A stretch of 64,000 bases of DNA from a virus. The translations under genes were made by a program, and so were the position numbers. The notes beneath the pieces were generated by a model. It was not told the origin of the DNA. It was given only the letters and a program-made list of their open reading frames with translations, and ran no database searches. Position 1 is the first letter of the stretch. The number at the start of each line of letters is the position of its first letter. The stretch spans positions 1 through 64,000 of IMG/VR virus record IMGVR_UViG_3300022928_002150; one strand, given 5' to 3'. Positions 34,653 to 44,252 of this stretch are shown one piece after another.

Positions 34653-35075
34653 ATGACAGATAAACCTATTTCACTTGCTAGCTTAATGACTCCTAGCAAA
34701 ACTGTGTCTATTTCTTTTCCAGGATGTCCTGGGATGGAAGTAGATCTGTGCTATTTAGCACGAGAAGAATTATTAAAACTTAGAAAAAAATGTCTAACAA
34801 CTAAATTTGACAAACGCACTCGTCAGCCCGAAGAAATCCTAGATGATGATAAATTCTTAGAAGAATATGTTAGTGCGGTAATTAAAGGGTGGAAAGGCTT
34901 CAAACTAGATTATCTAGAAGAGCTCATCCTAGTAGATGTATCTTCTCAAGATGAGAATAGTGAACTCCCTTTTACACAAGAAAATGCACAATTGCTAATG
35001 AAAAACTCAGGTACATTTGATACATGGGTTACAGAAACTGTCGGTGATTTAGAAAATTTTACGGGGAACAAGTAA
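34653..35075 (+). CDS. tail assembly chaperone (gpG-like)
   Basis: between tube and tape measure; IKGWKG and S..FD.WV motifs. Confidence 0.85.
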   Translation: MTDKPISLASLMTPSKTVSISFPGCPGMEVDLCYLAREELLKLRKKCLTTKFDKRTRQPEEILDDDKFLEEYVSAVIKGWKGFKLDYLEELILVDVSSQDENSELPFTQENAQLLMKNSGTFDTWVTETVGDLENFTGNK

Positions 35076-35497
35076 CGAAAATAATATCGTTACTTGAGCG
35101 TTATACGAGAGAAGCAGATAGTACAATAGATATAGAAAAGTATTATGCTATATGTGAAAAACTAGGACAAGAACCCGATCCGGAAAAGCTGCCAATTACT
35201 TTAGATAAATTTCCTGAAGAGGTACAGACTGCGATCGTAATATACGATCTGCTGCCTGATCGGTGGGAAGGAATGTCAGGGAGCTATCTAGGAAAAGAGT
35301 GGGCATCTGTTAATCTTTTACTAGATATTTATGAAGTGCCCTATCGTAAAGACGTAATATATTTTTCTAAGGTTTATGAAAACATAAAAGTGCGATATAT
35401 GTCTGAAAAGGCAGAACAAACTAGAAAGGCCGAAGAACGAAAAAGTCGAGCGGCAGGAGGCAATGGAACAAATTTTGCCCATAATGTATCTGGATAA
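35054..35497 (+). CDS. tail assembly chaperone C-terminal part (gpT-like), reached by -1 frameshift
   Basis: -1 frame open from 35048 to 35497; slippery A AAT TTT at 35054-35060. Confidence 0.75.
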   Translation, partial: KFYGEQVTKIISLLERYTREADSTIDIEKYYAICEKLGQEPDPEKLPITLDKFPEEVQTAIVIYDLLPDRWEGMSGSYLGKEWASVNLLLDIYEVPYRKDVIYFSKVYENIKVRYMSEKAEQTRKAEERKSRAAGGNGTNFAHNVSG

Positions 35498-38400
35498 TGG
35501 CTAAAAGAAATAAGGTATATATTGATGTAGTAATTGATGATAAAGGCACTACCAAAAAAGTAGCACTTTCCCAGAAACAATTAGGAGAAGCAGCTGCAGC
35601 TGCAGGTAATCAAGTACAAAATACTGATAGGCGCCTTAAAGGAGCAGCACAGGCTTCTTCAAATGCTACTAAGAATTTTTCAAAAATGTCCCAGGGGATC
35701 TCGGGGGGTCTCGTTCCTGCTTATGCAACCCTGGCCGCTTCTTTATTTGCTGTATCTGCTGTCTTTCAATTCTTAAAAGACGCAGGAAATCTCGAAACTC
35801 TGCAAGCCGGACAGGTTGCCTATGCAGGTGCTACCGGTATTGCCATGCGCACCCTCACAGAGGACATCATTCAAGCAACTGATGCTCAAATCGCTTTTCA
35901 AGATGCTGCAAGCGCAGCATCTATAGGTGTTGCTGCAGGTCTTAGTGCCGATGTACTAACCCGACTTGGAGCGGCTGCAAAGTCTACTTCAGTAATTCTA
36001 GGTAGAGATGTTACTGACTCTTTTAATCGTCTTGTTCGAGGTGTTACAAAAGCAGAGCCAGAATTACTAGATGAATTAGGTATTATTCTAAGATTAGATA
36101 CCGCCATGGAGAATTATAAGACTCAGCTGGGGTTGGGTGAAGTAGAATTAAATGCTTTCCAAAGATCTCAGGCAGTAGCAAACGAAGTATTGGACCAAGC
36201 CGAAAACAAGTTTGGACGAATACTTAAAATTACAGCGGTTGCTCCAAATAAATTTAATAAATTAGGTAAAGCCTTCGATGATATCTTAATACAAATTAAA
36301 GGTGTGGCAGCGGCTGTTGCTGGACCTTTTGCAGATGTTTTAATAAAAACACCAGAATTAGCAGGAGCTGCTATTTTATTATTGGTATCAGGGCCCTTAA
36401 AGGCCGCCATTCCCGGCCTCCAGAACATGGGAGAGAAGACTAAAGAAGTAGCAAAGCTAGCAGAGGCATCCTTTACAAAAGCTTCTGACGAGTTAGAAAG
36501 ATATAAAAAATCCGCTTCGAACTTTGAATTGCTAGGAACAAAAGGTGCAGGCGGTCTTAAATCGGCAGCGGCCGGAGATGCTGCTGATATTCTGAAAGCT
36601 GCTAATGCTGGTGGCGGAAAAAGAGGCCCCTTACGTAAGCTCACAGGCGACGTAGACAAAATTACTAACGAAGTTGCACTAAAGATGAAAAAAGGCGCTA
36701 TGGCTGGAGAAGGCGCTTATAAAAAAATGAGCCTTAAAATACGTCGTGACTTCATATCTGCAATGGACGATATAATAGCTGCTAATGATATAGCTGCGGG
36801 CAAAGTATCGAGTAGATGGGAAATAGCCACTAAAAAAATGCAGATTGGTATTAAACGAACTGAAGTCGTATTTAAGGGCGTATTTGCTAGTATAAAAGCG
36901 GGTGCTGCAATTGCGGCTCGCGCTGTAAGCATTGCCTTTTCAGCTATTGGTTGGATAGGCATAATTTATACTTTGTATGAAGTTATAGAAGGATTTAGAA
37001 AGACAGAGGAAGTCGCTAAGAAATCTAACGATGTATTTGCAGTACAAAGAGATAGAGTCGCAAGACTAGTAGAAGACTATAAGAACTTTTCAGCTATCCA
37101 GAAAATTTTATCTGAAGAGGGAGGAAACATAATTTCTACCTATGCAGCTTTCGGAAACCTAGCAAACTCACTTTCCAATTCAGCTTTCAAAAATTTTGGT
37201 AAGGCTCTTAGCGAATCCTCTGATGATCTTACAGCAGCCAGAGAGAAGGCGGAGGATGAGGTAAAAAGATTAGAGAGGGCTCGGGATAGGGTGCAGGGCC
37301 GGCGCTCACTTTCGTTCATAGAGGACAGGTCGGCCTTTGATTATGGAGCTGCAGTTGATCTTGAAAGAATCCAAGAACTTACTGAAGAAATAGCAGAAGC
37401 TCAAAAGAAAACTACAGGTAGTACTATAGCTCTTTTAGCAGAAATGAACCCAGAAAAATTCGGAAAATTCAAAGAGTTTTTAGATATTCAAATAGATTCA
37501 TTTAATGCTCAAGATGAATCCTTAATTAAGAATTCTAGATCAGCTAACGAGTATTTTAACAAGCTCCAGGCACTAAGAACCGCGAAAGTTATTGAAAAGA
37601 GTCAGATTGAAGAATTGCTTCAAGCTAGAGAGCTATTTGTTGAAGTAAGTAAAGGCGTGGCAGCTTATGATAAAGCTATTACAGACGTAACAAAAAGCGG
37701 AACTACTTTAGTTAATAAGATAATGCCTGTTTCTGAGGCACAGAAATATTTAACAGCTCTTAACAACCTTGATACAGCTATACAGAAACTGGAAGCAGAT
37801 CAAAACAATCTTAATACAAATGATCCAAGAATAAAAGGGATACAGGACAGAAAAGCTAGGTTAATAGAAGAGAGAGACCTAGTAACAAGCATAATATCTT
37901 TTGAGGGAAAACAGGCTACAGAGTTATTAAATAAACGACAACAAATTACAGCAAATTTACGAAATGCAGATGGTATTACAAAGTCCAGACTCAATACAGA
38001 GCTTAAAATATTTGAAAACGACCAAAAGAAATTAAAGCTAGAAAAAGATATTGCTACGTTAGAGGAAACAGCCCGGATTAATACCTTGAAATTGTCACCA
38101 GAGGAATTGCAGAAAATAAAAAATTTACGAGTTGAAATACAACTACTAGGGGATAGAAATAATCTTGCTAGAGATGCTTTGGCACTTCAAGAACTAAATA
38201 ACGAAATTAGAAAAATAGATACGGCTGCAGATATAGCTAAGACTCAACGACAGGCAGGGTTTTTAATTACTACTCAAAGCTTAACAGGACTACAAAAGCA
38301 GCTTGCTGCCGAAGCAAAGAAAGAAAGCGATCTAACTGCTATCATAGAAACTAATAGGCAAAAGATACTAGAAACAACCGTGGATGAAAACGGTGAGCTT

Positions 38401-39906
38401 AGGGTGTTATCTGACACACAGCAGGAGCTCGTTGATAAACTAAGAGCTGCTAATGTTCTGAGACTAGCGGAACTGAGTCTTCTACCTCTAACGAAAGAAA
38501 GATTGGAGCGCCAAAACGATCTTGCAGATCTTAATAACGCACAAAGTATTAAAAAAATAAAACTACTAACCCGACAGAAAATACTTGAGGCGGGTCTTAC
38601 TGCAGGGCAATCACGTCGTCAACAGATAATAAATCAACAAAGACTATTAGAGTTAGAGATTAGACAAAGTAAAGAAAAAGAGCTAGAGCTGCGTAACGCT
38701 ATAGACGAGAATACTGTCTCGAATGTCGAGAATTCAAAGAGAACCTTAGCGATCGCCACAGCTACAAGAGAGCAGAAGCAGGCTGAACTTGATATTTTAA
38801 TGCGTTCTACTGAAGCAATGGAGCAGTATAGACTAGCCATTGCTAACGGTTTTGAATCAGGGCTACAACAGGCTATAAATGATTTATTAACAGGAGCCGA
38901 AAGCAGCTTCAGAGATAGTTTATTAAACTTAACAAAATCTGTATTTGAAACTTTAGCGGGTAAATTTTCGGAGATTATGGCCGATTCGATGATAGATATG
39001 ATAGCCCGTAGTAATTTGGGGTCTAAAATTTTTCGTGGAATGACTTTAACAGATAAAGTTGCAGAAGGCCATAGAAAGGGTGCAAAAATACTTGACACAC
39101 AACTCGATACAACTAGTACTAATATGGCCACAACACTTAAAGACGCCTTTACAAACGGAGCAGCCGCACTTGCGGAGACTATTAGAGCTGCTTGTGCTTC
39201 TTGTGCCTGTGATAAGGCAAACGACAGTAACATGTCTGAGATACTTAATCCGTCTCCGGCGAACCCTGTAAAAACTGCCCAAGATGTAGGAGAAGCAGCG
39301 GCAAAGCCTTTAGAAACCGCTACTAACGAAGTAAAGAAAGTACTAAACGAAGAGACAACTTTTACAGAAACGATTAAAACTTCTTTTTCTAAGTTTTTTG
39401 AAGGTGCAAAAGGATTAGGAAGTGATCTTGCTGGATTCTTGAAAGGGTTCGGGACAGGTCTAGCAAGTTTCTTGAAAAGCTTTTTAGCTAGTCTTACAGG
39501 AGTAGCATCTGGTGGAGGAAGTATACTTAGCACTGTTTTTGCAGTAATAGGTTCAATATTCACAGGAGGAGCAGCGCCGGTGCCCTTAGCTAATGGAGGT
39601 GTAGTAGATAAGCCGACCTATGCACTAATAGGAGAAGGTAGGTATAATGAAGCTGTTATTCCTATGCCCGATGGGAAGAGAGTCCCTGTAGAGTTAAAAG
39701 ATAAAAGAATAGGGTCAAACCAGAATAATAATGTTACAGTTAATGTTAGTATGGGAGAAGGGGGCAGAACCTCTACTTCCTCAACGCAGGAAGAGTCTGG
39801 TAGAGACGCTGTTAAACTAGGAAATATAATAGCTAAGGCAGTACAAGAGGAACTTCAAAATCAAAAGCGCTCTGGAGGGATACTTAGCCCATACGGAGCT
39901 GCATAA
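35497..39906 (+). CDS. tape measure protein
   Basis: 1469 aa, helical, ELLDELGI motif, TM segments, C-terminal A.GG.V..PT..LIGEG..EAVIP. Confidence 0.93.
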   Translation: MAKRNKVYIDVVIDDKGTTKKVALSQKQLGEAAAAAGNQVQNTDRRLKGAAQASSNATKNFSKMSQGISGGLVPAYATLAASLFAVSAVFQFLKDAGNLETLQAGQVAYAGATGIAMRTLTEDIIQATDAQIAFQDAASAASIGVAAGLSADVLTRLGAAAKSTSVILGRDVTDSFNRLVRGVTKAEPELLDELGIILRLDTAMENYKTQLGLGEVELNAFQRSQAVANEVLDQAENKFGRILKITAVAPNKFNKLGKAFDDILIQIKGVAAAVAGPFADVLIKTPELAGAAILLLVSGPLKAAIPGLQNMGEKTKEVAKLAEASFTKASDELERYKKSASNFELLGTKGAGGLKSAAAGDAADILKAANAGGGKRGPLRKLTGDVDKITNEVALKMKKGAMAGEGAYKKMSLKIRRDFISAMDDIIAANDIAAGKVSSRWEIATKKMQIGIKRTEVVFKGVFASIKAGAAIAARAVSIAFSAIGWIGIIYTLYEVIEGFRKTEEVAKKSNDVFAVQRDRVARLVEDYKNFSAIQKILSEEGGNIISTYAAFGNLANSLSNSAFKNFGKALSESSDDLTAAREKAEDEVKRLERARDRVQGRRSLSFIEDRSAFDYGAAVDLERIQELTEEIAEAQKKTTGSTIALLAEMNPEKFGKFKEFLDIQIDSFNAQDESLIKNSRSANEYFNKLQALRTAKVIEKSQIEELLQARELFVEVSKGVAAYDKAITDVTKSGTTLVNKIMPVSEAQKYLTALNNLDTAIQKLEADQNNLNTNDPRIKGIQDRKARLIEERDLVTSIISFEGKQATELLNKRQQITANLRNADGITKSRLNTELKIFENDQKKLKLEKDIATLEETARINTLKLSPEELQKIKNLRVEIQLLGDRNNLARDALALQELNNEIRKIDTAADIAKTQRQAGFLITTQSLTGLQKQLAAEAKKESDLTAIIETNRQKILETTVDENGELRVLSDTQQELVDKLRAANVLRLAELSLLPLTKERLERQNDLADLNNAQSIKKIKLLTRQKILEAGLTAGQSRRQQIINQQRLLELEIRQSKEKELELRNAIDENTVSNVENSKRTLAIATATREQKQAELDILMRSTEAMEQYRLAIANGFESGLQQAINDLLTGAESSFRDSLLNLTKSVFETLAGKFSEIMADSMIDMIARSNLGSKIFRGMTLTDKVAEGHRKGAKILDTQLDTTSTNMATTLKDAFTNGAAALAETIRAACASCACDKANDSNMSEILNPSPANPVKTAQDVGEAAAKPLETATNEVKKVLNEETTFTETIKTSFSKFFEGAKGLGSDLAGFLKGFGTGLASFLKSFLASLTGVASGGGSILSTVFAVIGSIFTGGAAPVPLANGGVVDKPTYALIGEGRYNEAVIPMPDGKRVPVELKDKRIGSNQNNNVTVNVSMGEGGRTSTSSTQEESGRDAVKLGNIIAKAVQEELQNQKRSGGILSPYGAA

Positions 39907-40544
39907 TGTCAGTAGGATTTGATATAGGGTTTATTATAATTGCAGACGATATTTCTTTTACTAGAATAAGCGGGACAAATGATGGAACTATAGATTCAAT
40001 AACTACAAATTTATCTGTATTTGAACTGGGAGAAATAGTAACTATTGTAAATAGTTTTGAGAGTCAAAATGACGGAACTTTTTTAGTTACTTCATCAAAT
40101 GAATTTACATTAGGAGTAACTAGGTTAACCCCTATAGATAATCAAGGTGTAGAATCTGTACCTGTAGTTCCAATGGTCGCGTCTGCAAGCCCTAGTATAA
40201 ACTTGAGAAGAGTAGACATAATATGTCCTGATAGAAATTTTAAAAAAATAATTACACCACAGATATTATCAGTAAATTTTGGAGATGGATATCAAAGCAG
40301 AATTAAAGACGGAGTATTTACTAGAAATGAAGAGTACTCCGTTTCTTTTATAAACAGAAGCCCAGAAGTTATAGAAAAAATAGTAAGATTTTTTGAAAGA
40401 ACAGAAGGAGTAAAATCTTTTCCCTATGTAGTAAGAGACGAACCCTTTTATCAGATACCTGTCATTTGTCAAGAATTTTCAGTAATTTACATTAGTGATT
40501 ATCATTCTGGCTGTGATGCCAAGTTTAAAAGAGTAAAAAGTTAA
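39906..40544 (+). CDS. distal tail protein, lambda gpM-like, paralog 1 (N-terminal insert)
   Basis: CPDR...FGDGYQSR..DG...F.NR motif. Confidence 0.75.
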   Translation: MSVGFDIGFIIIADDISFTRISGTNDGTIDSITTNLSVFELGEIVTIVNSFESQNDGTFLVTSSNEFTLGVTRLTPIDNQGVESVPVVPMVASASPSINLRRVDIICPDRNFKKIITPQILSVNFGDGYQSRIKDGVFTRNEEYSVSFINRSPEVIEKIVRFFERTEGVKSFPYVVRDEPFYQIPVICQEFSVIYISDYHSGCDAKFKRVKS

Positions 40545-40545
40545 T

Positions 40546-40641
40546 ATGAGAAAAATCAGTAGAAAAGGATTACAGCAGTATATTTTTTTATGTGTACTAG
40601 GTTTTTTCTTTGGTATAATAATAGGACTTGTTCTTTACTAA
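40546..40641 (+). CDS. small single-TM protein, 31 aa (MRKISRKGLQQYIFLCVLGFFFGIIIGLVLY)
   Basis: read manually; starts 1 nt after the upstream stop. Confidence 0.5.
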   Translation: MRKISRKGLQQYIFLCVLGFFFGIIIGLVLY

Positions 40642-40662
40642 GTAGAGAGGCACGTAAAGTGT

Positions 40663-40830
40663 ATGGAGAAAAGTGTGAGCGCTTTAGAAGTTGTAAATAC
40701 GGGCTGGCCTATAGCGGTCGCTTTCGTTACGCTAGTAATTGTACTGGCGAAAATGCACGCTGATATTGAGCAAATAAAAGAGAAAGTAAAAGTTCTTTTC
40801 GAGCTTTGGAATAACAGAAACAATAGCTGA
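40663..40830 (+). CDS. small TM + coiled-coil protein (start ATG 40663 or GTG 40675)
   Basis: read manually: ..GWPIAVAFVTLVIVLAKMHADIEQIKEKVKVLFELWN.. Confidence 0.65.
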   Translation: MEKSVSALEVVNTGWPIAVAFVTLVIVLAKMHADIEQIKEKVKVLFELWNNRNNS

Positions 40831-40858
40831 GATAGATAATGATTAAGAGTATTAAATA

Positions 40859-41305
40859 ATGCCAGTTGGATTTAATATTAGAACTGTTACTAAGCCTAGA
40901 TATGTCTGCCCAGATAGATCTTACACTAGGTCGGCATCTTTTAATGTTCTTAACTCTAAATTTGGAGATGGGTATACTCAAAAATGGAAAAAGTCTCTGT
41001 TAAATCGGCAGGAAACTATTATTTTAAAATTTGAAAATAGGCCTAAAGAAGAAATAGATGCTATTTTTAGGTTTTTTCAGCTATACAAAGGTACATACCC
41101 GTTTCCTTATAGAGTTCCTGTATCTGTAGAAAGTGAGAAAACTATATCTTGCATATGTGAAAATTATGAGGTAGAGTGGACTTCTCCAGAACTAGGTACT
41201 ATAACAGCACAACTAAAAGAGGTATTTGAACTACCTCTATTTATAGATATACAGCCCTACGTTACTGATGGATTTGTAACTACGGCGTATGTAGAAACAG
41301 GATAA
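40859..41305 (+). CDS. distal tail protein, gpM-like, paralog 2
   Basis: CPDR...KFGDGYTQ...F.NR motif. Confidence 0.75.
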   Translation: MPVGFNIRTVTKPRYVCPDRSYTRSASFNVLNSKFGDGYTQKWKKSLLNRQETIILKFENRPKEEIDAIFRFFQLYKGTYPFPYRVPVSVESEKTISCICENYEVEWTSPELGTITAQLKEVFELPLFIDIQPYVTDGFVTTAYVETG

Positions 41306-41315
41306 CATAACTTAA

Positions 41316-44246
41316 ATGTCACAAGAACTAGGCATTAATATAGGATTAGCTTCAGAACGATATATTAGATATGATCGTGGTATTTCTTCGTCTATAAAAC
41401 AGCGAGTAAGGTCTATTAATTTAGGTGGTACCTACGAAGAAAGAACCCCCGACGGTATAAATATTATAGAAGAGACCTTCTCAGCCTCTTTTTCAAATAG
41501 ATCTTACGATGAAATTACGGATTTGATCGATTTTTTTGATTCTAAAAATGGGGTCGAATCTTTTCTACTACATGTAAAAGACTCATCCAGTGTTGATGGA
41601 GCTCGTAGTGTTCCGGTTGTATGTGAAAACTATAATGTAACCTATATTAATAAAGCTATAGCAACATTGACTTGTTCTTTTATTAAAGTAGTTACTACAG
41701 AGTTTAATGATGATATAATATACCAGAATTTAACAGAATTTACACAAGGCCAGTATACAGTATTATCCTCGACTTCTGAGGCGTATCCTGGACAAGAAAT
41801 AACATTTACTATTAATACTATTAATGTACCTAACGGGTCCGAAGTGGCTTTCCAGGTAGCGGGCGTATCAGTTAGTGATTTTACTACTGATTTTGAAACT
41901 TTTCAGGTTTTTGATGGCACTGCAAGCATAGTATTAACTCTTGAACAAAACTATCAAGGGTCTCTTCCTACTGAATTGGTATTTTCACTATCAGACTACC
42001 CTACAGCCAGTGTAACTGTGTCTATATTTGAATTATTACCTGTTGTTCCTACTTTTGAAACAACAAAACAAGGCAATTCCCCGCAGCAAATTGATATTAC
42101 ATTTAAAAGTGACGGACGCGTATTGTTAGACGGAGCCTTCCAGTCTTTTTGGATAAATAATCCAGATAGTTTTGATGCGAGCAACTATCAAATAAAATTT
42201 GATGAAGATGTATCTTCAAGTACAGATGCTACCTCTTCTTCTACTCCGGTAAGTGCGATAGGGTCTTACACCTCTCTATCTTCTGATGTAACATTAAGTG
42301 TAGTAGCGAGTGCTCCCAATAATACACAGTATACGGAAATCCATAACGTATCCATAAAAGATATAGCTAGCCAGCTCGAGTATTCGGGAATATTAACTAG
42401 AATACTTAAGGGCTCTGATTTTGTTACTCCTACGTATACTCTAGAGTTGAGAAACATAGTAGAAAACACAACTGATGCATTATTTGAAGGTTCTACGGTA
42501 GAGATAGATTTAACAAGTAACCAATATAATACGTTATTTAAGTGGGACATCACGCCAGGCACAGCAACTAGCCCCGACTATACCGGTACTATAGCAGGAG
42601 AGATAACAACAGACGGAGCCGGATATGCACTCATAGAAGGGCCTTCATTAGTTGATGATATTGATACAAGTGATGAAGCATTTACTGTAAATTTAAGAGA
42701 CTACAATATAAACACTATTCTTGCAACTCAGCAGGTAACTATTAGGGAACTTGAAGGTGGAATAGTTGCGCCTCCAGCCCCTAAGCTGTTTTATGTAAAC
42801 TTTACTATGTACAACTCTTCCAACCCAAATAAGTCTCCAGAGGCTGGTGATGTATTGTACCCTGTTTATAGTGATGCAGGAATAGGTAATTATACTAGCT
42901 TTAGAGAGATGACAGTAACTGATGAAACTGAGATTTATTACTATATCGGAGAGGGAGATCTTGATATAGCTGATTTTCTAGAACCTGGATTTCCGACTGC
43001 GACAAACCGTGGAACGATTACTTTAGCTCCGGGCGGGAATGTAACTGCAGGGACTGTTACTGTAAAAAATCCTATACCAGAAGATGTAACAATTAAAGTA
43101 TATATTAGCACACCTAACACTCTTGCTTCAGGTACTTTTGCAATGAAATCTTTTGATCTTAAACAGCTTGCCACTGTATCGCCAGGAACTATTACATTTC
43201 CACCGTTCCCTTTTTATTTGGCCGCAGATACTACTACAGTCGCCCCAGGAGTGGGGGGTTCGGTAGGACTAACTTTTAAATTTTCGGAAACAACATTTGG
43301 CAATATTATAACTGCTCAAGCCATCGCCGATGGTCAAAGCTATCTTCTTGCAACAGCTGTCAGCGGAACAGCTACTGACTGGTTTATATCAAGAACTTCT
43401 TCAAATAGCGTTCCTAATAATTTCACTGAAGTTGCCGGCTCATTAGGCATAAATAAAAAAGTTGCTCTTAATTTAAACCCTAAAATTAAATATAATTATG
43501 AAAGCAGTACAGCCGGCGGGCTAGAGTCTTTCGGAGGTTTAATAAAGTTATATCATATAAGCGATCTTAACACTCCTTTAGATATACCTACTAGTCAAGA
43601 TGGCGCTACTGATTGGAACTACATATTAAGTGCAGAGGCCAAAGTAGAAAGACGTACTGTATCCACGCCCATAACCTTTAATATTAGCACTAATGTATCA
43701 GAGGCAGGATATATACAACTAGATATATGGCTATTGAATAACGGGACCTTAGTCGCAAAAGCAATCTATGACTACTTAACATTACCCACTAGCGAAATAG
43801 CACGCCAATTGGGTGTACCTTGGGATTCCGATCCAGACGCGGGGATCAACAGTACTCTTTCTCAGGGTAATGACTTTAGAATAGTATCTACCAGTGCTAA
43901 TGTTAGTGATACTGAAGTTACTAGGCAGGCTAGTGCAAATACTAAATCTCTATATACTCCTCCTGCTTCGAACCTTGCCTTCCCCTCTCAGCTTCCACAC
44001 TTAAGTTATAGATTTACAATGAATCCAACAATATCTGAGGCTAGAAGCGCCAAAGTATCGGACGTGCTTACAATAGATAGTGCTTCTTACGGTGCTGCTA
44101 ATACGGTACAGTTTGTAGTAAATTTTAGGCAAAACGAATTAAGTACAGTAGACGACTCAAGTACACCAGCGTCTACTCCCACCACCGACACAAGTCAGGC
44201 GGCCGGATTTACAGTATCAACCCCGACAAACACAGGACTAGGATAA
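41316..44246 (+). CDS. gpM-like paralog 3 fused to about 850 aa of Ig-like/beta domains
   Basis: YDRG...LGGTYEERTPDGIN...FSNRS N-terminus; Calx-beta/Ig-like segments follow. Confidence 0.7.
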   Translation: MSQELGINIGLASERYIRYDRGISSSIKQRVRSINLGGTYEERTPDGINIIEETFSASFSNRSYDEITDLIDFFDSKNGVESFLLHVKDSSSVDGARSVPVVCENYNVTYINKAIATLTCSFIKVVTTEFNDDIIYQNLTEFTQGQYTVLSSTSEAYPGQEITFTINTINVPNGSEVAFQVAGVSVSDFTTDFETFQVFDGTASIVLTLEQNYQGSLPTELVFSLSDYPTASVTVSIFELLPVVPTFETTKQGNSPQQIDITFKSDGRVLLDGAFQSFWINNPDSFDASNYQIKFDEDVSSSTDATSSSTPVSAIGSYTSLSSDVTLSVVASAPNNTQYTEIHNVSIKDIASQLEYSGILTRILKGSDFVTPTYTLELRNIVENTTDALFEGSTVEIDLTSNQYNTLFKWDITPGTATSPDYTGTIAGEITTDGAGYALIEGPSLVDDIDTSDEAFTVNLRDYNINTILATQQVTIRELEGGIVAPPAPKLFYVNFTMYNSSNPNKSPEAGDVLYPVYSDAGIGNYTSFREMTVTDETEIYYYIGEGDLDIADFLEPGFPTATNRGTITLAPGGNVTAGTVTVKNPIPEDVTIKVYISTPNTLASGTFAMKSFDLKQLATVSPGTITFPPFPFYLAADTTTVAPGVGGSVGLTFKFSETTFGNIITAQAIADGQSYLLATAVSGTATDWFISRTSSNSVPNNFTEVAGSLGINKKVALNLNPKIKYNYESSTAGGLESFGGLIKLYHISDLNTPLDIPTSQDGATDWNYILSAEAKVERRTVSTPITFNISTNVSEAGYIQLDIWLLNNGTLVAKAIYDYLTLPTSEIARQLGVPWDSDPDAGINSTLSQGNDFRIVSTSANVSDTEVTRQASANTKSLYTPPASNLAFPSQLPHLSYRFTMNPTISEARSAKVSDVLTIDSASYGAANTVQFVVNFRQNELSTVDDSSTPASTPTTDTSQAAGFTVSTPTNTGLG

Positions 44247-44252
44247 GACAAA

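Noticed and set aside
38634-39563. 309-aa antisense ORF in the tape measure gene (also 36168-36659 and 46036-46680)
   Set aside because: Antisense shadows of codon-biased genes; no motifs or RBS.
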